A stretch of DNA of 64,000 nucleotides from Dehalococcoidia bacterium (lineage in GTDB: Bacteria > Chloroflexota > Dehalococcoidia > Lucifugimonadales > UBA3495): contig OZ252223.1 in the NCBI GenBank assembly GCA_965249145.1, positions 2,207,223 to 2,271,222 of the forward strand. Direction: 5' to 3'. The notes beneath the pieces are model-generated. The model was not told where the DNA came from, made no database searches, and saw nothing but the letters and a program-made list of their open reading frames with translations. Position numbers and translations under genes: made by a program. Positions 1-9,614 of this stretch are shown in pieces (the first letter of the stretch is position 1; each line of letters starts with the position of its first letter).

Positions 1-184
1 GCCTTATCATACGGGCCAACAGGCTAGGGCCGATCTCTTTGCGGCGATCCTTCACTATCGTCTTGCGCGTCCCGTAGTTAAGCGTGCCGTGACTGCCCTT
101 GTCCCGCTTGGGGTCGAATTAGGCGGGTACCTGGCGGTCCCGTCCGAGCTCAAGAATCCGCTCTATAAACTCGCTGCCACGCAC
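1..184 (-). pseudogene. hicA: HicA-family toxin with in-frame TAA at codon 22; runs off the left edge
   Basis: Manual translation from GTG at 184: VRGSEFIERILELGRDRQVPA*FDPKRDKGSHGTLNYGTRKTIVKDRRKEIGPSLLARMIR. KGSH motif as in the intact HicA at 33744-33950; stop at 121-119. Confidence 0.75.
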
Positions 185-249
185 ACTCGCTCCCGTCGAT
201 CCACTGGATTCAAGCATTCGGACATTAGTGTCCGGTCGCAATGGCTCGC

Positions 250-299
250 GGGTAGGACGCCTCACTCTGGATCAGGTTCGAATCCTCCATCCCCAGCCA
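250..299 (+). tRNA. Degenerate 3' fragment of tRNA-Gln(CTG); not a functional tRNA, probable att-site remnant
   Basis: GGTAGGACGCCTCACTCTGGATCAGGTTCGAATCCTCCATCCCCAGCCA has a D-loop end, CTCTGGA anticodon loop, TTCGAATCC T-loop and CCCCAGCCA end. The 5' acceptor strand is absent and the variable loop/5' T-stem is deleted. Confidence 0.75.
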
Positions 300-344
300 A
301 CTCCGGGTCCGCTCCTTCCTTGCCTCGTCGGGTCCTGTTGTGCC

Positions 345-1112
345 TTACAGCTCGCTCTTGACCTTGGATAGGAAGTCTTCGGCTCCGATGCGAAGGAGAC
401 CCCAGGCGGACACGGTTACGAAGTTCGCGCCTTGTTTGACGAACTCGGCGACCCCGGCGGTGTCGGCGGGGTTGTTGCCGCCCACTCCAACGTTTTTGCC
501 GCCAGCCCGCACCCGCGGAATCACTTCGCTCATCACGCGGCGGACTTCGGTCACTCCCGGGTTCCCCATGCTCTGTCCCAAATCGGAAGCCGCCACGTGG
601 AGAACGTCGGCTCCGGAGACTTGGAGGATGTCGTCGAGGTTCCCAACGGCTTCGATGTCTTCCACCATGGGTATCACCAGCACTTGGGAGTTGATCCAGG
701 CCGTCGCCTCGTCCCGGGAAACGCCGATGCCATAGTCTTGGGCCCGGCCGCCACCCATCCCCCGACGACCATCGGGGTAGTAGCGGGCGGCTTGGGCCAC
801 GGCCTCGGCCTGCTCCCCGGTGTTGACATGGGGCACGATTATCCCTTGGAGCCCCCGATCAAGGAACCGGAGTATCGTCGGTTCGGAGTGGTCAGGAACT
901 CGGGCGATGGGAGTGATGCCAAACGACTCGGCGGCCCGGACCATGTGCTCCGCTTGGTCCAAATCTGCTGGCCCATGTTCGCAGTCAATCATCACGAAGT
1001 CGTAGCCGAGGGCGCCGAAAATCTCCACCATGTCGGGTGCGTATCGGGTGATTATGCCCCCGAAAACGACTTTGCCCTCGGCGAGTTTGGCTTTAGTGGT
1101 GTTGGTACGCAT
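345..1112 (-). CDS. HpcH/HpaI aldolase/citrate lyase family protein
   Basis: GYDFVMIDCEHG, ARVP, LDRGLQGIIVPHV, MVEDIEAV motifs. Confidence 0.9.
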   Translation of the reverse strand: MRTNTTKAKLAEGKVVFGGIITRYAPDMVEIFGALGYDFVMIDCEHGPADLDQAEHMVRAAESFGITPIARVPDHSEPTILRFLDRGLQGIIVPHVNTGEQAEAVAQAARYYPDGRRGMGGGRAQDYGIGVSRDEATAWINSQVLVIPMVEDIEAVGNLDDILQVSGADVLHVAASDLGQSMGNPGVTEVRRVMSEVIPRVRAGGKNVGVGGNNPADTAGVAEFVKQGANFVTVSAWGLLRIGAEDFLSKVKSEL

Positions 1113-1152
1113 GCGTCCTCCCCGTTCTCGAAAATGTCCGGAGCCTATCAGG

Positions 1153-2823
1153 TTACAGAGAGCCGTCTATAACGATATCCAAGAGGGCCGGTTTGCCGGA
1201 GGCCACCGCCCGGTCCACCGCCGGTTTGATTTCGGCGGGGTCCGTGATGCGTTCGCCGTGGACGCCCATGCAATTAGCAAGGCCAGCCATGTCGAAGGGC
1301 GTGCCGAATTCGGAATAAAGCAGCCTTCCGCCGGAGGTCTCGGGCAACTCCAGCACGTCTTTCTGATAGATGTTGAAGTTGACCCTCAGGACCCGGTACA
1401 TACCGTTGTTGCAGATGACGAAGACACAGGGGATGTTGTCGTTAGCCGCCGTCCACAGACCTTGGACCGTCATCATGGCGCTACCGTCGCCGATAATGCC
1501 GAAAACAGGGCGGTCGGGGTTGGCGCACTGTGTGCCCATGGTAGCCCCGATTCCGCCCCCGATGGACTGACCCCGGACGCCCCGCAGGTCTCCCCGGCGG
1601 GTTGCCGGGAAATAGTGGCGCATCGCGCCGCGGTTGCTGATGGAGTCGTCGACCACTATGGCATTGTCGGGCAGGGCGGCGGCCAACTCGGACATCATGC
1701 GGGCCGGCGTCATGGGCTTGTGGTCCCACTTCTCGGCGACCGACTCCTCGAAGGCTTCCCGGCTGCGGCGGGCATGGGTCACAACCCCCTGCTTGCGTAT
1801 CTCGATTTCCGCCATATCGCCGGGGGACAACCGCTCTCTGAGGGCTGTGGTCAGCTCGCCAAGGCCCTCCCGGCAATCAGCCACTATGCCAACATCGGTC
1901 GGTTCGGACCGCCCGATCTGGCCCGGGCTGGGATCGATGTGCACCAGCTTAGCGTGCGGGGGAAGGATGACATCCCCCCAATAAAACAGCTCTTCAAAGG
2001 GGTCCGCGCCCACGGCCAAGACCAGATCGACCCGCTGCAGGACCTGGCGCTGTTCGGCGGCCCGTAACGACAGGCCGCCGAGAAACTGGTCGTGGGCCGT
2101 CGGAAAGGCCACCTCGGCGCCCCTGGCCTGGTAAACCGGCAGGCCCATTAGCTCGGCCAACTCCACCGCTTGGTCCAAGGCGCCATCGTCGGAGAGGCGG
2201 TCGCCCACCAGCATCATAGGCCGGCTGGCGCTGAGCAGGAGCGCTGCGGCGTGGTTGATGCCATCCCGGCTGGGCCGCGGGGCGGCGTAGACCGGCCGGG
2301 ATGGCACGATGTTCATCTCGGCCATTCCCTCCAAGGCGTTGGACGTGAATCCGACGTAAACCGGGCCCTTGGGATGGCTGTTGGCCTCGTTGAAGGCTCG
2401 ACGGATGGCGCTGGGTATCTGGTCGGGAAGCGAGAGCTCCACCGCCCACTTGGTGACTGGCCGGACCAGTTGGGCCAGGTCGGTAATGGTCTCGTTAGTC
2501 TTGCGGGCGTCGTAATTCGCGGAGGTCACCACCATGGGGGTGCCGGTATTTAGGGCGTCCAGCATCAGGGCAATGCCGTTGGCCAGTCCGCTGTCCACGT
2601 GGAGGCTAACGAACGAGGCCCGTCCGGTGGCCCGGGCGTAGGCCTCGCCCATTCCCACCGCCACGCTTTCTTGGAGGGTCAGGATGTATCGTAGTTCCGG
2701 GTAATCACCCAAGAGGTCGATGATGGGCCCCTCGCTGGTGCCGGGGTTGCCGAAAATGTACTCGACCCCCTCGGCCTTGAGCATTTCCAGCAGGGCCTGT
2801 TTGCCAGTCATCAATTGGGGCAT
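1153..2823 (-). CDS. Thiamine pyrophosphate-binding protein (benzoylformate decarboxylase-like)
   Basis: FGNPGTSE, LQESVAVGMGEAYA and GDGS...NN TPP motif; start moved to ATG 2823 behind GGAG. Confidence 0.9.
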   Translation of the reverse strand: MPQLMTGKQALLEMLKAEGVEYIFGNPGTSEGPIIDLLGDYPELRYILTLQESVAVGMGEAYARATGRASFVSLHVDSGLANGIALMLDALNTGTPMVVTSANYDARKTNETITDLAQLVRPVTKWAVELSLPDQIPSAIRRAFNEANSHPKGPVYVGFTSNALEGMAEMNIVPSRPVYAAPRPSRDGINHAAALLLSASRPMMLVGDRLSDDGALDQAVELAELMGLPVYQARGAEVAFPTAHDQFLGGLSLRAAEQRQVLQRVDLVLAVGADPFEELFYWGDVILPPHAKLVHIDPSPGQIGRSEPTDVGIVADCREGLGELTTALRERLSPGDMAEIEIRKQGVVTHARRSREAFEESVAEKWDHKPMTPARMMSELAAALPDNAIVVDDSISNRGAMRHYFPATRRGDLRGVRGQSIGGGIGATMGTQCANPDRPVFGIIGDGSAMMTVQGLWTAANDNIPCVFVICNNGMYRVLRVNFNIYQKDVLELPETSGGRLLYSEFGTPFDMAGLANCMGVHGERITDPAEIKPAVDRAVASGKPALLDIVIDGSL

Positions 2824-2918
2824 GGCTCCTCCGAAGACGTAATATTCCGGCGGCATGGACTGGAGGCGGCCAGAATTTCAGGCAATTTTACAACAGGCGG
2901 AGGGGAGTCCAGTGGACG

Positions 2919-4232
2919 CTAATCGGCGGGGCGGAGGTTGGATGGCAGATGGCTCTCCCAATCGGGAATCAGCCGTAACCGGGGCGAGGGCAGCAGGAAG
3001 GCGGAGAACAGGGCCAACAGGCTAAACCCAAGGGACAGGAGCAACGGGGCCGCATAGGTGCCAGTAATGTCCCACAGGACCCCCGCGCATACCGGCGCCA
3101 GGCCCATGCCCAGACCGTTGCCTATGTTCTGCCACCCGTAGAGGCTGCCTTGAGGGACGTTGCCGTAGTATTGGCGGTTGGCGATGGGGAAGGTGGGCAC
3201 CTCGCAGCTCTGGCCGATACCAAAGGGGACAGCGAAAAGGAAGAACGCCCAAGCGTCGTGGCTGAAGAATAAGATGATGATTGGGAAAACTTGAAGGGAC
3301 ATACCGGTGATCCAGACCGCCCGGCATCCCCAGCGTTCCGCCGCGAGGGGGACGACGGCTCGGGCGAAAACCCCAACGCCCTGGTGCACCGCGAGCACCC
3401 CGGCAGCCACCCCTACGGATAGACCGCGGTCCACCGCAATGGCCACTACCAGCACGTTGATGATGTTGTGGCCCATGCAGCCCCAGTAGTGGATGCCGAT
3501 CAGGTTCCAGAAGGTGCCGGTGCGTTTCGCCTGTTGGAGGAACACGCTGGCCCTTACCTTGGCATCCTCGTTTCCTTGCGATTTCCTAACCGGCTCCTCT
3601 CCGGAATCGCCCAAGGGTCGCAGGCCTATCTGGGCAGGCTCGTTGTAGAAAAACCGGACCAGCAACAGCAACAGCGCCCCGCCCGCGATGCCGGGCAGCC
3701 AGAAGATCCACTGCATGCCCAGCTGCTCGAAGGCTGCGCCGATCAGGAAAAGGAACGCAACCGTCCCGAGGCCCTGGAACGACCATACGGCCCCCATAGC
3801 AACGCCCAGATGCTTCCTGAACCACAGGGTGACGCCGGATACCGTGAGTATGGAGAAAATAGTGGTGGCGATCCCCAGGAGGAGGCCGAAGTAGAGATAG
3901 AATTCCCACAGACTGTCCATGATGCCGGTCAGCAACATGCCGGCGATGAATAGAACGCTTCCAACCAACAACAGTCGACGAACGCCGTACCTGTCGCCCA
4001 GCAGGCCAATATAGGGGCTTACTATCCCCAAGACGACCCATTGCATGCTGAAAGCCAGGCTGATGGCCCCGTAGCTCCAGCCAAACCCCGTGGCGGAGTC
4101 GCGAAGATAGGGCACCAGCGCTGCGGCGGCAAAGCGGACGGACGAGGTGATAAACCCCATTGTCGCCGCAATCGCCACGACGACCCAGGCGTAGTGAATC
4201 TGCCGCGCCCGCCCGGCGAGGCCGCTCGTCAC
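2919..4232 (-). CDS. MFS transporter
   Basis: About 12 hydrophobic segments; motif A GLLGDRYGVRR. Confidence 0.9.
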   Translation of the reverse strand: MTSGLAGRARQIHYAWVVVAIAATMGFITSSVRFAAAALVPYLRDSATGFGWSYGAISLAFSMQWVVLGIVSPYIGLLGDRYGVRRLLLVGSVLFIAGMLLTGIMDSLWEFYLYFGLLLGIATTIFSILTVSGVTLWFRKHLGVAMGAVWSFQGLGTVAFLFLIGAAFEQLGMQWIFWLPGIAGGALLLLLVRFFYNEPAQIGLRPLGDSGEEPVRKSQGNEDAKVRASVFLQQAKRTGTFWNLIGIHYWGCMGHNIINVLVVAIAVDRGLSVGVAAGVLAVHQGVGVFARAVVPLAAERWGCRAVWITGMSLQVFPIIILFFSHDAWAFFLFAVPFGIGQSCEVPTFPIANRQYYGNVPQGSLYGWQNIGNGLGMGLAPVCAGVLWDITGTYAAPLLLSLGFSLLALFSAFLLPSPRLRLIPDWESHLPSNLRPAD

Positions 4233-4350
4233 CGCGCGCTTACCGAATCGTCGAGATTTGGCATTTCCGTCCTATAAATTCTCTTCCCGGGCAGGTACGC
4301 AGACTCATTGTCAAACGAATCATAGCTTGGGAGGCATGTTCTCGCACCTA

Positions 4351-4829
4351 TCACATCATTCCCGAGAGTTCGACCGGTTGGCGGCTTTTAGCCGATGAGC
4401 CGCTTGCGGCTGGAGACACGAACTCCGCTAACCAGTCGTTGAAGACTTCCGAGCAGGCATGCAGTACCGGTACGTCGGGGTTACGCATTACCGCCAGCAT
4501 TGTGGTGGGGTTCATTACCTCGGCGTCCAGTCCGGCTTCCACCTGGAACTTGACCCGCACCTCGGGATCGTAGCCAACAGTGCCGAGACCCCTTTGTTGG
4601 GCCTCGTATGCGGCGTCCTCGGTCTGGCTGGAGAGCGGTATCTGGACACGAGCGACCGGGCAGCCAAGATACCAGGTATAGAAGAAGTTCCCTTTTCGCC
4701 CTTGTATTCGTCTAACTCCCGCGGAGTGCGGTCGCCGAATCTCGCACCCAAGGCGTTCCACCACAGGTCCGGCGGCTCCATCACGTAAGAGTCGGCCGAG
4801 ATTAATTTGTCGTAATGGACGGTTGCCAT
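4351..4829 (-). pseudogene. Amidohydrolase_2 family pseudogene (frameshifted, truncated)
   Basis: LISADSYVMEPPDLW (family consensus SADSHV) in one frame; GYDPEVRVKFQ..GLDAEVMNPT..FNDWLAEF in another after a shift near 4690; C-terminal half missing. Confidence 0.75.
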
Positions 4830-4896
4830 TTCCAAAACCTCCCCAGCGTCGCTTCCGCCAGAATAGGTATCTCCTGTAGAGTCAGACGGGTCAGCT

Positions 4897-5781
4897 TCAA
4901 TCGCTATGTTCCGCCCATCGGTGCGGCAGCTCCCGCAACCGTCCCATCCCCAGGTCGTCGCACAGCGCGGCGTAGTCCGCTCGTGGAACGCCAGGCCATT
5001 CCAAAGCTTCCGGCGAAGCGTCCACCAGGACGTCGCAACGCAGAGTCGCCAATCGTTTGTAGAGCCGGACTTCCTGTGCGTTTGCGGCCAGTGTAGCGGC
5101 GAGGCGGGCAGCGCCTCGGACCGTTACTTCCCATTCCTTGGGGTCGAGCGGGATTTCTTCGATGTGCGAATATCGGCCCAGCAACAGCGACGACGACTTG
5201 GGCCCCCAACCGTACAGGCCGGGGATGCCGTCGGCAGTGTCGCCGATCAGTGCCAGAAGGTCGGGGATCGACGCTGGTGGGACACCGAACTTGGCCACCA
5301 CGCCCGCTTCGCCGATGGTCTCCTTGCGGCGTCGGTCGAAGCAGACCACTCGCTGGCCCTCCACCAGTTGGGCTAGGTCCTTGTCGGGCGAGCAGATGAC
5401 GATGCGCTCGACTTGCGGGTCGCCTCGCAGTTGGGCCACCGCCGAGGCTATGGCGTCGTCCGCCTCGAACTCCTCCATCGGCCAAGCCGCGATGCCCAGG
5501 GCAGCAGCGGCCCGTTCTCCCAGCTCGAACTGCTGCAGCAGTTCGTCGGGCGTTTCGCGGCCGTCCTTGTAGCCCTCGAACAGCTCGTTCCGGAATGACT
5601 TGATGTGCCGGTCGAAGGCACAGGCGATGTGGGTGACCTGGCTCTCGCGGAGCAACAGCAGCAGGCTCTGGACTAAGCCGTGCACCGCCCCCACTGGCCG
5701 GCCTTCGGGCGTTTCCAGCTTGGGCAGGGCGAAATACGACCGGAATAGCTCGTAAGTGCCATCTACCAGATAGACTTCCAC
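4897..5781 (-). CDS. Stand-alone 5'-3' exonuclease / flap endonuclease
   Basis: LVDG, FRNELFEGYK, EADDAIAS, DKDLAQL, LIGDTADGIPG H3TH motifs. Confidence 0.92.
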   Translation of the reverse strand: MEVYLVDGTYELFRSYFALPKLETPEGRPVGAVHGLVQSLLLLLRESQVTHIACAFDRHIKSFRNELFEGYKDGRETPDELLQQFELGERAAAALGIAAWPMEEFEADDAIASAVAQLRGDPQVERIVICSPDKDLAQLVEGQRVVCFDRRRKETIGEAGVVAKFGVPPASIPDLLALIGDTADGIPGLYGWGPKSSSLLLGRYSHIEEIPLDPKEWEVTVRGAARLAATLAANAQEVRLYKRLATLRCDVLVDASPEALEWPGVPRADYAALCDDLGMGRLRELPHRWAEHSD

Positions 5782-5790
5782 CGGCTGAAC

Positions 5791-7530
5791 CTACTCCGTG
5801 AAGTAGACGTAGCGGTAGGTCGGAATGACCAAGGGGTGTTGGAAGTAGTCGTGCACGTTGGGTTTGACGAGGTAGTTGGACTCGTTTGAATGCCAGAGCG
5901 GCACCCATGGGGAGTCCTCCACCACCAATGCTTCAGCTTCGTGGTAGAGCTGGAACCGCACGGCCTCGTCCTGCTCGGTAGCGGCGCGATCGAGAAGAAG
6001 GTCCAACTCCGCGTTGGAGTAGTGGCCGTGGTTGATGCTGCTTCCTGTGCGGAAGAGGAGGTCCAGGAAATTGTGCGGGTCCGGGTAGTCGGCCACCCAG
6101 CCAATCCCTCCATACATCTGGAAGCGTTGGCTGTACAAGTCTTCGAGGTAGATGGCCCACTCCGTCTGCAAAATATCGATCCGGATGCCCAGAGTGTTCT
6201 CCCACATGGTCATGACGGCCACCGTGGAAGTGGATGGCGATGCGCCGAACGAACCGGGGAGCGTCAACGTAATCGGAGGGAAGTTGGCCGGATCGTCACC
6301 GTATTTGGACTCGCTCAGGAGGCGTTTTGCCATTTCCGGGTCGAACCGGTAGCCGTCCAGGTCAGGGTTATATCCGGGGAAGCCGGGCGGCAGTATGCCT
6401 TTGGCAGGCGCGACAACTCCCTCGAACAGCACATTGGTCAGGGTTTCCCGATCGACCGCGTAGTTGAATGCCTGCCGCACCTTGGGATCATCGAAGGGCG
6501 GCTCGTTCACGTTCATGCCGTAGTAGCTGGTGTCAAACCGCGGTAGCGAAGTGTTCAGTTGGCTGCTGAGGGGGTTGGATGGGTCGCGCAGGCCTTCGAG
6601 CAGCGAGAGGGCGACGAGGGCGATATCTACCTCATGGTTCTCGTACATCAGCATCCGGTTGCCGCCGCTGAGGATGAACTCCACCTCGTCAAGGTAGGGC
6701 GCTCCAAGGTGGTAGCCTTCGTGCCGCGCCAGCCTCAGCACCTCTCCGGGTTCGTATTCCAGCAGACGGAAGGGGCCGGTGCCGTTGGGCTGGCGGAACC
6801 AGGCGTCGATCCCCTCCACGTTAGCCCTGTCGAGCACGAAAGTGTTCGGGTAGGTGAGCTTGGAAAGGAAGAACACCTTGGGCGCATCGATGCGGAGGGT
6901 CAGGGTGTGGGGGTCTACCGCGCTTACTCCGGAGAGCTCGGTTGCCACTCCTTCCAGCCTATTCTTGAACCCTAAAATGTCGCCCAGGAATACGTCGACC
7001 GAGGGAGCCTCGATGGCTGGGTCGCTGGCGCGCTCCATCGACCATTTGAAGTCGGCGGCGGTAACCTGCCGCCCGTCGTGGAAGGTGGCTTGGGGATTCA
7101 GGCGGAACGTGAATTCGGTGCCGTCGGAGCTTACCGTCCAGTCTTCGGCGATGTCGCCAACCAAGGCCAAGTCCCGGTCGAAGGTCAGCAGTCCTCCGTA
7201 TATCTCCACGATGTATTGGGCCGAAGTGACGTCGGTGTTCAGATGGGGGTCCAGGGTTGGCGGGTCCGACCCCAAGCGCACCAACGTCCCGCCGTTAACC
7301 CTGTTCGGCGAGGGCGCGACTATGGCAGGGGCTGTCGAAGGGGTGGATTCTGGAACGGGTATCGGGGTTGGGGCGTCGGTTGGAGAGATGGTGGGAAATG
7401 CGGCCACCGTAGGTGGGGCGGTCGGGCCCGGGGTCGAGGCCGCTTCCTCTTCTGGGCCGTCCCCGCAAGCAAGGACCGTCAGCATCAACGCCGCCAGGAA
7501 CCACGAGAATAGCTTGCTAAACGAGAACAT
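5791..7530 (-). CDS. Family-5 (peptide/nickel) ABC solute-binding lipoprotein
   Basis: Lipobox VLAC, Pro/Thr linker, DPPTLDP, FHDG..TAADFKWS, GTGPF, KVRQAFNYAVDR. Confidence 0.92.
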   Translation of the reverse strand: MFSFSKLFSWFLAALMLTVLACGDGPEEEAASTPGPTAPPTVAAFPTISPTDAPTPIPVPESTPSTAPAIVAPSPNRVNGGTLVRLGSDPPTLDPHLNTDVTSAQYIVEIYGGLLTFDRDLALVGDIAEDWTVSSDGTEFTFRLNPQATFHDGRQVTAADFKWSMERASDPAIEAPSVDVFLGDILGFKNRLEGVATELSGVSAVDPHTLTLRIDAPKVFFLSKLTYPNTFVLDRANVEGIDAWFRQPNGTGPFRLLEYEPGEVLRLARHEGYHLGAPYLDEVEFILSGGNRMLMYENHEVDIALVALSLLEGLRDPSNPLSSQLNTSLPRFDTSYYGMNVNEPPFDDPKVRQAFNYAVDRETLTNVLFEGVVAPAKGILPPGFPGYNPDLDGYRFDPEMAKRLLSESKYGDDPANFPPITLTLPGSFGASPSTSTVAVMTMWENTLGIRIDILQTEWAIYLEDLYSQRFQMYGGIGWVADYPDPHNFLDLLFRTGSSINHGHYSNAELDLLLDRAATEQDEAVRFQLYHEAEALVVEDSPWVPLWHSNESNYLVKPNVHDYFQHPLVIPTYRYVYFTE

Positions 7531-7560
7531 CCCTTCCTCAAATCCGCATTCGATCAGGTA

Positions 7561-8280
7561 TCAACTCTTTCGGGACCAGAACACGCAGTGCCGCATCGGC
7601 TTGTTGTCATCGAAATATAACAGGCCGCCCAACTCCCCGTTGGGCCCTTCCGGGACCAATTTCAAGCCGTAAGCGGCCAGCGCCTCCAACAGTTCGTTCT
7701 CGCCGTAGAGCGCGAAGCTGCGGGAAACGCCCTCGCTACCGTAGGCCGAGTCCACCGCGGCGCCAACACCTCGGCCCGGCTTGAACATCAATTGCAACAC
7801 GCCTCCGGGCCGCAGAACGCGGGCGAACTCGTTCAATACGCCGGAAAATACCATGTCGCGGGGGATATGCTGGATCACCGCGTTGCACAACACGACGTCG
7901 AATTCAGCGTCATTGAAAGGCAGGGGCTCTCCGATGTCGGCCACCCGTAGGCGCTCGGCAAGCTCAGGGTGACCCCGGCGGGCAACTTCGATGTTTTCCT
8001 CAACGGCGTCCAACCCGAACATCTCGAACCCGAGTTGGGTAAGCAGAAGCATCTCCCGGCCGGCCGCGCCGCATCCGGCGTCGAGCCCTCGACCCGGGGT
8101 CGCCAGCTCCGCCACGCGCCGGTATAAGTCGCGATCTTCGCGGAACTCCGGGTGGGAACAGTTGGCGAACACTTGGGACAACGCGGCGTAGTCGGCCGCG
8201 TGTTCCCGGTAGAAGTCCAGCGAATAGTGCTCGTAATGTGGAGTCGCGTTCGTCGTTGCAAAGCTTCGGCCCCCGTTCAA
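7561..8280 (-). CDS. Class I SAM-dependent methyltransferase
   Basis: LDAGCGAAG motif I; LPFNDAEFDVVLC; RVLRPGG. Confidence 0.88.
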   Translation of the reverse strand: MNGGRSFATTNATPHYEHYSLDFYREHAADYAALSQVFANCSHPEFREDRDLYRRVAELATPGRGLDAGCGAAGREMLLLTQLGFEMFGLDAVEENIEVARRGHPELAERLRVADIGEPLPFNDAEFDVVLCNAVIQHIPRDMVFSGVLNEFARVLRPGGVLQLMFKPGRGVGAAVDSAYGSEGVSRSFALYGENELLEALAAYGLKLVPEGPNGELGGLLYFDDNKPMRHCVFWSRKS

Positions 8281-8325
8281 GCGTGCTTGGGCGGGGGCCG
8301 ACGGGGTCCAGGATTGCGGCTGCTC

Positions 8326-9507
8326 CTAGCTGACCTTGGCTTTGGAGAAAGCGGGGATTACCTCTTTGCCGTAAAGCTCGATGGATTCCATCACCTTCTC
8401 GTGGGGGATAGTCTCGGTCTGCATGATCAGCATAACCTGGTCGACGCCGATGTCTTCGTAGGTCTTGATGGTGTTGATGCAGCTTTCGGGGTTGCCAGCG
8501 ATGATCACGCCTCGGTCGGAGAGGGTATTGGCGTCCAACTGGGCCACGGCGGCGCGGGCGGCTCCGGGGCCGGAGTCCAAGGAGATTCCCGCCTCGGCAG
8601 CCTGGGACTGGTGCTCCTCGTCGGACTGGCGGAGCCAGCGGCCAAAGTCGGCCTTCAGGTGTTCGGGGACGCCGCCCCAAGCTTCCAGGAGCTCCTCGTA
8701 AGCGTTGATGCGGCCAGCGATGTAGGGTTTGTCAGGGCCGAAGAAGGTCTTCATCGACTCGGCGCACAGCTCCTTGGCTGCCTGGTCGTCCTTGGCGCAG
8801 AAAGAATGGACGTTGTTGCCCCAGAATTCGTTGATCTCGGCGCCCACCGGGTCGGCGTCCTTGATGGCGTCGCGGTACACCTGGACGTGGTTGGCCAGAA
8901 CGTCCACGGCATAGGATGCCGAAGACAGCACGCCGATACCCTTCTGGGCGGCGAGGCGGAAGCTCTCGGTCTGGGTGCAGGCGAGGTACATGCGGGGGTG
9001 AGGCTTCTGGTAGGGCTTGGGGAGCACGCGGCGGGGCGGCACGTTCCAGAAATTGCCTTCCCACTCGAATTCCCCTTCCGACTGCCAAATCTGGGGGATC
9101 ATGGTGATCGCTTCGTCCCACCGGTCACGGGTCTCGCGGGGGTCGATGCCTTGACCGAGCTGCTCGTAGGCGTTGGAGCGGCCGGTGCCGAACTCGACGC
9201 GACCGTGGCTGAGCTGGTCGACCATCGCCGCTCGCTCGGCTATCCGGACGGGGTGGTGGTTGGGCAGGATGGAAACTCCGAAGCCGATGCGGATGTCCTT
9301 GGTGCGCTGGCTGAGCGCGCCAAACATGACCTCGGGACAGGGGGAGCCGGAGAAGCCGTAGAGGAAATGGTGCTCGACGAACCACAGGTTGTCGAAGCCG
9401 ACCTTATCGGCCAACTCGCACTGGTCCAGCGTCTCCTGGTACAGCGAATGCCAGTCGATCTCCTGGTCCCAAGGCCGCTGCATTTCGTACAAGAGTCCAA
9501 ATTGCAT
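8326..9507 (-). CDS. Luciferase-like (LLM class) flavin-dependent oxidoreductase
   Basis: GFDNLWFVEHHF, HPVRIAERAAMVDQLSHGRVEFGTGR, PKPYQKPHP. Confidence 0.92.
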   Translation of the reverse strand: MQFGLLYEMQRPWDQEIDWHSLYQETLDQCELADKVGFDNLWFVEHHFLYGFSGSPCPEVMFGALSQRTKDIRIGFGVSILPNHHPVRIAERAAMVDQLSHGRVEFGTGRSNAYEQLGQGIDPRETRDRWDEAITMIPQIWQSEGEFEWEGNFWNVPPRRVLPKPYQKPHPRMYLACTQTESFRLAAQKGIGVLSSASYAVDVLANHVQVYRDAIKDADPVGAEINEFWGNNVHSFCAKDDQAAKELCAESMKTFFGPDKPYIAGRINAYEELLEAWGGVPEHLKADFGRWLRQSDEEHQSQAAEAGISLDSGPGAARAAVAQLDANTLSDRGVIIAGNPESCINTIKTYEDIGVDQVMLIMQTETIPHEKVMESIELYGKEVIPAFSKAKVS

Positions 9508-9592
9508 GGGTGATCTCCTATTCGCTTCAGTTATGGTGAGTGATTAGCGCAAGTATATCAGACCGTCTGCGGGGCGCTTCGTGGCGTCGGGG

Positions 9593-9607
9593 TTTTGAAT
9601 CAGGATT
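9593..9607. repeat. Family A (TTGAAYCAGGATT) palindromic repeat, half copy
   Basis: TTTTGAATCAGGATT matches the ends of the elements at 12558 and 13610. Confidence 0.5.
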
Positions 9608-9614
9608 CAGCGCC

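Noticed and set aside
231-299. Intact tRNA-Gln
   Set aside because: No 5' strand complementary to the CCCCA acceptor end, and the T-stem 5' strand and variable loop are missing.
8152-9513. Long antisense ORFs (also 28647-29885, 48935-50143, 1030-2067 and many others)
   Set aside because: Shadow frames of well-supported genes, expected from high-GC codon bias; no motifs of their own.
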